DNA from: Strigamia acuminata
Lineage: Eukaryota
NCBI GenBank assembly: GCA_949358305.1
Contig: OX442314.1
Span: 23,808,001 to 23,872,000, forward strand
Reading direction: 5' to 3'
Length of the DNA: 64,000 nt
The notes beneath the pieces are model-generated. The model made no database searches and had not been told where the DNA came from. It worked only from the letters and a program-made list of their open reading frames with translations. The translations under genes were made by a program, and so were the position numbers. This document shows positions 55,364-64,000 of this stretch, piece after piece. The first letter of the stretch is position 1; every line of letters begins with the position of its first letter.

Positions 55364-58300
55364 CAGAAAAAATTTCGGAACTGGCCATAACAGAGGAATG
55401 TCGGATGGAAGAGATATTTGTCGCCCCATTTAGCGTAGCCCCACTGAAAATGGTTTTGACCCCTCCAGAAGCCATTGGAACTATGAGAAAGAAGGGTGAG
55501 ATAATTTATACAATGAAGAAAGGTCAAATTGTCGGAATACAGTTTCCACCGACAGAATTATCACTTTTGACGAAAATTAAAGAGGCAATAAACGCTGGTG
55601 AATCATTTTTTAAAGAGAAAGTTTACGAAGTGTTAAAAGAAGTAAAACTAGTAGAAGAAAATGAAGCTTTAGTGTTTTGGTCGAAAGTGAAGGAAAATTT
55701 TGAAAATGAGCCAACTATCGAAGCTCACGTGATGGAAGCACCATGCACGTGGACAGATGTAGACGCATGTATTGAAGAAATGACCAAACTTCCGTCAATA
55801 CCACAAAGAGTAAGAGTTTTTAAGGTCATAATACCTGAAGACGAAATTTTGGAAAATATGACGACAATGGAGATTGTGACGGAACACGGGAGTGTAATGA
55901 CCAATTTGGATTCAGGTGCGAATCGGAGCTGCATTTCATTGCCTGTAGTGCGAGCATTGGGAATGGAGAAGTTTGTTACTAAAGTAAGACCCAACATGGC
56001 AATAAACACCGCAGATAAGAAGGTGCAACCCCTGGGTTCAATACGAATACCTTTTCGGTGGTCGCATGGGGCAATGATTCATTCATTTCTGGTGCTGCCC
56101 CATGAAGTAAAATTTGTATTAATGGGCAACGACATCATGAAACAAATGGGAGTACAACCGAACCCCGTCACAGGAAAATGGAACTTTGTCACCAATTTTA
56201 AAATTCCATGCGAATATGTTCCACAAGAAGTGCTAGATCGACTAGAAAAGAAAAAAGAACATGCTGAATCAACTTATCGCACATTCAAGAAAGACTCGAA
56301 TTTTGCAGCATTTCAGGCTCGACTTAAAGTAGGAAATGGAGTGTCGAATTTAGTCGAAGAAGCGAAGCTTCAATTGAATGAAGCCGCGCAATTAGAAACA
56401 GTGCTAAAAAGATATGAGAAAATTCTGACAAAAACGCCCGGCAGAACGCACATTCTGCAGCATTCCATCGAATTGGACACAGAAAGACCAATTAGAGTGC
56501 CCTTTCGAAGCTGGAATCCGCAGAAGAGGGAAATTTTGCGACAAATGTGTCAAGAATTAAAAGACAAGGGCTACGTGTCGGAGGCAGAGGGAGATTATGC
56601 AGCAAGGATTGTGCTAGTGTCGAAAGCAGGGTCAGACCCAAGACTGTGTATCGATTACAGGCCAATTAATGAGCACACCCGCTATGACCCACCACAAATG
56701 CCGACGATAACAGAAATACTACGAGAACTTGGCGAATTCCAATGGGTTTCCACAATCGATTTGACCAAAGGCTACTGGCAAATCGAACTACGGCCAGAGG
56801 ATCGGCCAAAGACAGCCTTCTGGAGTCCCATTGGGAGATTGATGTTTAATGTAATGCCATTTGGATTGGTAAATGCGCCTACTACATTTCAACGCTTAAT
56901 TGAGAAAGTTTTAGGAGATGCATTCCATAGCTACGCTTGGGCTTACTTAGATGACATCGTCATAGTTTCACAGACATACGAGCAGCACATGAAACATCTA
57001 AATTCAGTGCTAAAAAAGTTAGAAAAGGCAAACTTGCATGTGAACCCAGAGAAATCAAAGTTTTGTAGAAAGCAACTAAAATTTCTTGGATTTAGTTTGG
57101 GAGTGGAAGGAGTGGCAGCCGACCCAAAGAAAGTCAGTGCCATTGCGGATTTTCCACCACCAACAAATCTGACCGAACTACAACGCTTCTTGGGAATGGT
57201 CAATTTCTTCCACCGGCTGTTGAAGAACTTGGCCACCATTGCAGAGCCACTGCGACCATTACTCAAGAAAGGAGTAAATTTTGAGTGGAAGGAAGAACAT
57301 CAAACTGCATTCGACCAAATTAAACTTCTGCTAACCGACTCAAAAACAATGATGTTACCCGACCTTAACAAGCCGCTGATTGTCCACACGGATGCGAGCA
57401 AAAAGGGGTTAGGAGCTGCATTAATGCAAGAGAAAGAAATTGACGGCCAAATGATTGAGGTTCCATGTGTGTACATCAGCAGGAGTCTGCAGCAAGCAGA
57501 AAATAACTATAGTGCAACCGACTTAGAGTGTTTGGCGGTCATCTGGGCTCTACGCAAATTTAGAGCATATTTGGAGTTTACTTCATTTACAGTCCAGACG
57601 GACCACCAGGCCCTTCGATGGTTAATGCGACTTGAGGAACCTGCAGGAAGACTCGCAAGATGGCAGATGGAACTCATGTCATATAATTTCCAAATACAAT
57701 ACATAAAAGGACCAGCCAATGTTCTTGCAGACGCCATGTCAAGAGCACCAGTGGACTTGCCCGAAAATGATGAAGATAGTGGTGAAGCTGACGGTGACAC
57801 TTCCTACTGTCCGACAGGGTCAAGCCACTGGAAATTCAAGAACTGGAATCAGCTGCCAGTTCAAGAAGAAAAGCCGTCTAGTGACGACCAATTTGTCGCA
57901 CATTGGTGCAATGTTTACAATGTAGGAGAAGCTCACAGTGAAGTGGAGAAAGAAGAGGAAGAATGGCAATATCTTCCGAGTACCAAGAATGAGATGATCA
58001 GTGCATTTATTGCCAAGGTGACGGATCAGATGGATTGTCATCCACCAACAAGGCAGGACTTTATTGATCACCAAATCGCTGACAAACAATGTCAACGAAT
58101 ACGTCATTACTTGGAAACTCAGCAGTTCCCACCACACATCACCACGAGACTCCAGCGTAGAAAGTTTTGTAAAAGGACATCGCAACATATTCTAGAAGAA
58201 GGTTTATTGATGAGATATCATCCCACGATTACGGACGAATTTGATGATAGCAACAGGGCATTGAAGGTGGTAGTACCAAAGTCGCTGAAACATCGAGTGT

Positions 58301-60093
58301 TGTGGTTAATGCACGGCCACCCTTTGGCGAGTCACTGCGGAATTTCAAGAACGATGTATCGAATAAAGCAGATTTACACTTGGGAGAGCATGAAAGCAGA
58401 TGTGTCACGATTCATCCGACACTGCACAAGATGTCAGGCGTGCAAGCCGAGAAAAAAGACAACAACTGAGTCAGCGAACATTGGACCCTACGCTCCTTTC
58501 GAATGCCTAAGTGCAGATTTAACAGGACCTAAACCTCGGACCAAAGAAGGCAATAACTACATCTTCGTCGTAATCGACATTGCGACAAGATGGCCGATAT
58601 TATTTCCAATGGACGGACCGACAGCTCAGCTAGTGGCAGACTGCATTTACGACGTATCAATGGATTGGGGCTTTGCACAAAAAATTATTTCGGACAATGG
58701 CCCGCAATTTAAAGCAGCATTTTACAAAGAATTTTGCAAAAAGTACAAAATGACTCCGAAATTCACGTCACCTTACCACCCACAAGCCAACCCGGTGGAG
58801 CGCCTTAATAGAGATATAAAATATATCATTGCAATTTTTACATCAATCCACAACCGGTGGGATGAATTTTTAAGAGAAATTGCCTTCAGTATTAGAACCA
58901 CGGACACAAGAGGTCGTGGCTATTCTCCCGCCTACTTGAATTGCGCAAGAGAGTTTCGCATCCCGTGGGACCCGAGAATACTTGATGGAATGCTAAAAAT
59001 TGATCCAGATCGTCCGGAAATTTATGTGCAAAAATTAGAGAGAATAATTAGCGACACCTATCAACATATGCAGGCGCATATCACGGATTTACGAGAGCGT
59101 GTCGAAGGTCACAAGTTGGACAGCAAGTTTGAAAACTTCCGAGTAAACGACCTAGTATGGCGAGAGAATCATGCACTATCAAGAGCAGCGAGAGGATTTT
59201 CCGCCAGTATTGCGGACAAAAGGACGGGACCTTACGTGATCACACAAGTGCATCAAGGAGGCGCCGTGAAATTAAGACGCTTAAAGGACAATAAAGTTTT
59301 CACCTCAATTCACACATCGGAATTAACGCCCTATTTCCCGGAATTCAACCAAGAAATTTGGGTGGAGGGCCAAACTGAAAGTAATCCCGACGCAGAAGTT
59401 ATCAACACATTGTTAGACGACATTCCACCAACAAAAGAAATCGTGCAAGAAAACACAGGAATCTCAGAGGAAACTTCACCGCTAGAAAATGAAATACGAG
59501 TGCAAAAGGACACTGAAATTCAAGAAAATGCACAAATTTCAGAAGAAAATGCGCAAACAGAGTTAGAAAGTTCGGAAAACATAAATAAAGGCGATGAAGT
59601 CGAGACGCAGTTGCAAGTGCCACCGGTAGATGTCGCTCAAAATCAAGCGAAGCAACCGGAGTCGAGAAATGAGGAGAATGACAAAGTCGAAACGCAACTA
59701 CAGATGTTGCCGGAAGATGTCGCCCAAGTACAGGCACATTCTCAAAAACAAAAAGACGTCGAAATTCAAAACGACGAAGTCAGAATAGGAAGTGGGCAAG
59801 GAGAAATACAAGCACAAGAGGATGCCGAAATTCAAAACGACGAAAGCTCACAAAACACGGGAAATGTAGCGGAAAAGGAGAATTCTATTTTATTTCCACT
59901 TAAAGAGTTTTTTGGAGGTGAAGAGCAATTAAAATCACTCCAAAAAAGGGGGGAAGAGTGGAGTGGAAAAGAAAAACGCAAAAACAAATACAAAAATTTA
60001 TTAAAAACTTCGCCAAGAGAGAAGAAAACTGCCTCGAAATATACATTAAGAGACAGAGCGAAGTTGAAAGCCCCGAGCAAGCTGAGGGACTAA
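55324..60093 (+). CDS. pol: Pol (protease, RT, RNase H, integrase, long acidic tail)
   Basis: NLDSGA, LCIDYR, YLDD, TDASK, TDHQAL, HHCC, D-D-E, RTGPY. Confidence 0.96.
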   Translation, partial: HVSAIPARPEELAPEKISELAITEECRMEEIFVAPFSVAPLKMVLTPPEAIGTMRKKGEIIYTMKKGQIVGIQFPPTELSLLTKIKEAINAGESFFKEKVYEVLKEVKLVEENEALVFWSKVKENFENEPTIEAHVMEAPCTWTDVDACIEEMTKLPSIPQRVRVFKVIIPEDEILENMTTMEIVTEHGSVMTNLDSGANRSCISLPVVRALGMEKFVTKVRPNMAINTADKKVQPLGSIRIPFRWSHGAMIHSFLVLPHEVKFVLMGNDIMKQMGVQPNPVTGKWNFVTNFKIPCEYVPQEVLDRLEKKKEHAESTYRTFKKDSNFAAFQARLKVGNGVSNLVEEAKLQLNEAAQLETVLKRYEKILTKTPGRTHILQHSIELDTERPIRVPFRSWNPQKREILRQMCQELKDKGYVSEAEGDYAARIVLVSKAGSDPRLCIDYRPINEHTRYDPPQMPTITEILRELGEFQWVSTIDLTKGYWQIELRPEDRPKTAFWSPIGRLMFNVMPFGLVNAPTTFQRLIEKVLGDAFHSYAWAYLDDIVIVSQTYEQHMKHLNSVLKKLEKANLHVNPEKSKFCRKQLKFLGFSLGVEGVAADPKKVSAIADFPPPTNLTELQRFLGMVNFFHRLLKNLATIAEPLRPLLKKGVNFEWKEEHQTAFDQIKLLLTDSKTMMLPDLNKPLIVHTDASKKGLGAALMQEKEIDGQMIEVPCVYISRSLQQAENNYSATDLECLAVIWALRKFRAYLEFTSFTVQTDHQALRWLMRLEEPAGRLARWQMELMSYNFQIQYIKGPANVLADAMSRAPVDLPENDEDSGEADGDTSYCPTGSSHWKFKNWNQLPVQEEKPSSDDQFVAHWCNVYNVGEAHSEVEKEEEEWQYLPSTKNEMISAFIAKVTDQMDCHPPTRQDFIDHQIADKQCQRIRHYLETQQFPPHITTRLQRRKFCKRTSQHILEEGLLMRYHPTITDEFDDSNRALKVVVPKSLKHRVLWLMHGHPLASHCGISRTMYRIKQIYTWESMKADVSRFIRHCTRCQACKPRKKTTTESANIGPYAPFECLSADLTGPKPRTKEGNNYIFVVIDIATRWPILFPMDGPTAQLVADCIYDVSMDWGFAQKIISDNGPQFKAAFYKEFCKKYKMTPKFTSPYHPQANPVERLNRDIKYIIAIFTSIHNRWDEFLREIAFSIRTTDTRGRGYSPAYLNCAREFRIPWDPRILDGMLKIDPDRPEIYVQKLERIISDTYQHMQAHITDLRERVEGHKLDSKFENFRVNDLVWRENHALSRAARGFSASIADKRTGPYVITQVHQGGAVKLRRLKDNKVFTSIHTSELTPYFPEFNQEIWVEGQTESNPDAEVINTLLDDIPPTKEIVQENTGISEETSPLENEIRVQKDTEIQENAQISEENAQTELESSENINKGDEVETQLQVPPVDVAQNQAKQPESRNEENDKVETQLQMLPEDVAQVQAHSQKQKDVEIQNDEVRIGSGQGEIQAQEDAEIQNDESSQNTGNVAEKENSILFPLKEFFGGEEQLKSLQKRGEEWSGKEKRKNKYKNLLKTSPREKKTASKYTLRDRAKLKAPSKLRD

Positions 60094-60353
60094 TGACGTC
60101 AGTAGGGATCCAGGAAGTGGATGACGTCGCGAGCTCGAAGATGATTGGAGGTTCAGAGTTCACATGTGAGTTCGAAGACGACGAAGCGCACGCAAAGTCG
60201 GAAAATTGGATAAGCAATAGTTTCGATATTAAGAGAAAGGAGATATCACAATTGGTGAGTGAAATCGATTCAAAACAGAAGGAAAATTCACCAAGATTAA
60301 CGCAATCAAACTTTCGGCAACTTTAGATCATCGATCGGCTACAAAAAACAAGG

Positions 60354-60422
60354 ATGGCCGGACGAAAAAGATCACATGAGAAGTACGAGGACAGCGAACT
60401 TGCAGCAATGTCGCCCGAAGCA
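60354..60422 (+). CDS. Element 3 ORF3, predicted coding exon 1 (MAGRKRSHEK...MSPEA, 23 aa)
   Basis: AGGATGG start context; GCA|GTAAGG phase-0 donor compatible with the acceptor at 60869. Confidence 0.68.
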
Positions 60423-60869
60423 GTAAGGAATATAAAAAACTTGTGATCGGGGAAAAGAAAATATTATTAAAATGTGGCGACACCGTTTCTAAACCGAGTG
60501 AATCGTGGAAAATTTAACGAAAGCAAATTCGATAAAAAAGAAAGAAAAACTCGTAAGGAGGCCGGGAAAAGATTAAGTTTAGTAACTTCAACATAAAAGA
60601 AGCGAATCAAACAAATATTTAAGTCAGCAAAGCGAGAATATTAAACGGGTTTATGCAAAACAGAGATTCCGGAAAATGTTCAAAGCCGCCTCGTGATTTA
60701 AAGCGTCGCGAGCGCCATCTAGTGTTGAAATGGATAAACTCGGGCGATAGAACGGCGTTGTTGGCGCCATCTAGTATCCAAATAGACAAACTCGAATAGA
60801 AAACGATGTCGCGCGCAACCATTTAAAGGAAATAAAAGGCAAAATATTGAAAGTAAAATCTAATTGCAG

Positions 60870-63143
60870 GCGAAAATTTTGTCAACATCATGGGATGCGC
60901 TGCCAAACAGTGTTGTCACCAAACGAAGTATTTTTCGGGGCCGGCTGCCAAGGAAATACAAGAAAGTCTGCCAGGAGAAGGATTACACAGCATATCGAGC
61001 GAGGAGAATATTTACATCGGCGACCAACAAAAGATTCGGGACCAAAAGGAGGTTGGCTCAATGCACAAATGGAGAATTGAGAGAGGAACTGCGAGTCATC
61101 GCTTGGGCAGATGACCCGCCAGGACCATTTGGGTCGAAGATGCTGCAGGATGCATTCCCTCTAACAGAAGAAGAGTTGGAGGATTTAGAAATATTCCTCC
61201 GTCCGGAAACTGACAAGAGAGAATTCCAGGAGAAAATTATGGCAAAGCTCAGGACCAACATGCACCAAGTTGCAGAAGAGTACCTCCAGGAGGAGCAAGA
61301 ATATGAGCAAACAGGCGGGAAATTAGAAGACGGGACGTATCGATTACCACCCTACTACAGGCAAACACAGTATAAGCTGCATCAGCTCAAAATGGTTGGA
61401 GTGCTAGACAGAGACTACATTCCTGTGCCGATACCGCCAGAATTTCTGCAGCAAGCGGAACAGCAAAACACCGAGCATTGGCAGGGGAGCAGCGGCACCT
61501 ATCACGAGCGCCCACAGGAGTCCACATCCAGAGACGTTGAGTGGAAAGTATTGTCGCAGTACAGAGTGGATCGTAAAGTCTCTCCACTTTCATTGGTGCG
61601 GGCCAGTCAAGAGGAAGAGTTCCTTTCCGTGGACGTCAATGAAGACATTGACATGAGGTCAACCGCGAGCAGACGGCCATCGGGAGAGTCGCGAGCAAAG
61701 AGTGGAGAACCAGAGACAGTGCGGAGCGTCCCATCGCCGATAATATGGAGTGCATCGCCGCCACCGCCGCCGCGTTCAGGGATTCTCGAACCCAAAGTGG
61801 AAGCAAACATGTTGCACCTAAAACGAAAAGATGAGTTTACCAAGTTGGAAGCCAAAGAGGAAGTGCGAGTAAACAACAAGCATCCACACACAGAGCCCGT
61901 GGTAGGGGGAGTTCAGAGGATGGACCACTCGATCCCCATGCCGGATACGGCAGTCATGAACTACTCCAGCAACATGGCAATGAGGCCAGTGAAGGGCTAT
62001 GACAAACACTACTACGACCTATGGGACTGCTGTCTTCGTTTCCCAGCGTCCATATTGGAACAGTTTAAGGAAAGGATGGATCCTTATCAGCAAGCGCAAC
62101 TGAAAGAGGCGCAGGCCGATTTAATTCGACGGGCAAAGGAATTTGTTGAGTGGCCTTTAAACGAGCAAACCCAAAAGCGATTGCAGAAATTCCAAAAACT
62201 AACAGTTCCGGCCCAGCAGAGACTTCTGTTCCCCGGGGTATTTACAACAGATGAGGACGCCTTCACAGCCGCGAGCCTCCTTTGGGGCACACACTTGGGC
62301 ATGACCGAGGAGAAGTTGGAGAATTGGCTCTCCGTGCTGTACGATCCGGTTCTGCTGCGAAGTGATCTTATCTTGAGAGCCTTGGAGAATGGGGAAACCG
62401 TGGATCAGTGCTTTGTCAGGCTGCGACTCGAGTGGGATCTACGCCGAGAAGAAATGGAGCTAAGGAGGGACTCCGAGACTTTTGGGGGGCGTCCAATGCC
62501 AAATGTTCAGCCAGCAGGGTCCGAAACAAGATGGCGACCGGTGAGAACGTCAAGTTTGGCCTCCTCCACCTCCACAAGGTTGGAAACCTCATTCGCATCA
62601 TGTTCAAGTTATGAGCAGGGGTATGGATCAGCCGGTGCGGGGAATCATGTGGTGCCTCATCTGTCGAGGTTGGAGCTTAGCCACCAAAGCGGGGAGACCA
62701 CAACCTCAAGTCAGGATCCCACACGAGAGTGTGCCGAGTCAGCAGAGATTAAGCCCCGACAGAAAAGCGATAACGACAACTACGGGAAGATCCGCCGTCA
62801 CTATCCTCGGCTGCAATTTGGGCGAGGGACACGCACGCTTCTCATTTTCAACCCGAAGCTGTGCAAGGAAGCCTTTGCCTGGCTGGAGCGAGCGTTGAGA
62901 GAGCCCGGAAACCCGACCCAACGGCAAAGAGTGGTATTTGCGCACCGCCCGCCGAAAAGCCGTAGGGAGTTGTTTGAAATGGATTACATTAACCTAATCG
63001 ATAAGATCGCGCACGTCCAAGGCGTTTGGATGCACGTTAACACGGGAGTACAGTCGGGACCCACAGTGGGTTTGCCGAAATTTTCGGTGTCGGAAGAAGA
63101 ACGGCCACCACTGCCGCCATTCCCCAGGGTAAAGGCAGTTTAG
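60870..63143 (+). CDS. Element 3 ORF3 main exon: intact non-Env accessory protein of unknown function (about 780 aa with exon 1)
   Basis: CTAATTGCAG acceptor, then AKILSTSWDALP...; three blocks homologous to element 2 ORF3; no hydrophobic signal or TM stretch. Confidence 0.88.
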   Translation, partial: AKILSTSWDALPNSVVTKRSIFRGRLPRKYKKVCQEKDYTAYRARRIFTSATNKRFGTKRRLAQCTNGELREELRVIAWADDPPGPFGSKMLQDAFPLTEEELEDLEIFLRPETDKREFQEKIMAKLRTNMHQVAEEYLQEEQEYEQTGGKLEDGTYRLPPYYRQTQYKLHQLKMVGVLDRDYIPVPIPPEFLQQAEQQNTEHWQGSSGTYHERPQESTSRDVEWKVLSQYRVDRKVSPLSLVRASQEEEFLSVDVNEDIDMRSTASRRPSGESRAKSGEPETVRSVPSPIIWSASPPPPPRSGILEPKVEANMLHLKRKDEFTKLEAKEEVRVNNKHPHTEPVVGGVQRMDHSIPMPDTAVMNYSSNMAMRPVKGYDKHYYDLWDCCLRFPASILEQFKERMDPYQQAQLKEAQADLIRRAKEFVEWPLNEQTQKRLQKFQKLTVPAQQRLLFPGVFTTDEDAFTAASLLWGTHLGMTEEKLENWLSVLYDPVLLRSDLILRALENGETVDQCFVRLRLEWDLRREEMELRRDSETFGGRPMPNVQPAGSETRWRPVRTSSLASSTSTRLETSFASCSSYEQGYGSAGAGNHVVPHLSRLELSHQSGETTTSSQDPTRECAESAEIKPRQKSDNDNYGKIRRHYPRLQFGRGTRTLLIFNPKLCKEAFAWLERALREPGNPTQRQRVVFAHRPPKSRRELFEMDYINLIDKIAHVQGVWMHVNTGVQSGPTVGLPKFSVSEEERPPLPPFPRVKAV

Positions 63144-63240
63144 TGAGAGCAGAAATGCCACTGCTACCCTTAGTCCGGAGGGCTAAGCGGTTTGTTGAAG
63201 GGAAAATTTGGATGGCGCATCAATGCAAAAAGAGGGGAAG

Positions 63241-64000
63241 TGCAGTGGCCATGATGGTCACTGAGTGATTCGAAAAGAACAATTTAATATTCTTATCATA
63301 ATTTGTGTGCTTTATCGTGTTTTTTCCAAGTGTTTTAATATTTATTGGACAGAGAAATTGAGAATTCCAGAGCAATCATCACGTTTTTCCAAATATCATT
63401 ATGCTGTATCTAAAAGAATAAATATTTTGATGTTTTATTTCTTATATAAAAAAGACTAATTTCTTTATTCTCTCAATCATACTTGATATTGCACCACATT
63501 GAGCAAGGAGAACAGGTGATGCAAAATCACCACAGCAACCAGCCCTGGATGGTGCACAGGATGTGCATCCTGCTCCCGGATAAAGGGTTATGGCGCAATC
63601 TAAATTCGTATAAGGAGTTGTGGTGCAATTCACCTAGGAGTTCTGGGGAAAATTGCTCTCACAACTTCAGTTCAAGTCTCCTTTTCACCAGTACCAGTCA
63701 TGTCATATTTTGCTCCAGTGTTTCTACAAACCCAGTAATAATATGATTGTGATTATCCTGCACCAAAGGAATTTGGATTCACCTTGCTGATAGGGTTAAG
63801 CAGCTAGGTGTCATCTTGCCAACAGGGATTCTTTGGCTAGATTTTGTCTTGCTATTTGGGATTCAATAGCTAGATTTATCTTGCTCAAACAGCCAGTTTG
63901 AGTTGAGATTTCAGAGTTTTGAAGCCAAATTGTGTGTAACAATTTGGGAGTTTATCTTTGCACTCAGAGCAAGGGAGTCTTAGCCTTGGACTTTAACAAG
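63241..64000 (+). repeat. 3' LTR of element 3 (partial)
   Basis: Matches 50451-51210; preceded by a PPT. Confidence 0.95.

Larger units (their letters stand above)
50451..64000 (+). mobile_element. Ty3/gypsy LTR retrotransposon, element 3 (about 14.2 kb predicted; gag, pol, spliced ORF3); 3' LTR cut by the window end
   Basis: 1456-bp 5' LTR repeated from 63241 (offset 12790), PBS TGGGGGCC, PPT AAAAAGAGGGGAAG, intact ORFs, Pol clearly homologous to element 2. Confidence 0.96.

Noticed and set aside
59958..60326. 122-aa ORF overlapping the end of pol
   Set aside because: Non-ATG start and no counterpart recognisable in element 2.

Overview
AT-rich animal genomic DNA, probably arthropod (inference from gene content), heavily colonised by transposons. 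It holds four Ty3/gypsy LTR retrotransposons. Element 1 (102-3358, -) is a deleted Mag-like copy and element 4 (31102-36241, -) is an intact single-ORF Mag-like copy. Elements 2 (3380-16557, +) and 3 (50451 to beyond the window end, +) are related, large and young. There are also two Copia fragments and several MITEs. Host genes are an intronless SGT1 copy, a tandem array of DEG/ENaC-like channel genes (two intact, one partly deleted, one remnant) and a secreted LRR protein. Two systems stand out. (1) Both large gypsy elements carry a homologous, intron-containing third gene after pol, with three conserved blocks and no Env features. (2) Each DEG/ENaC gene encodes two channel subunits fused head-to-tail, and the fusion junction lies inside a single exon. 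All calls come from manual reading; no database search or alignment program was run.
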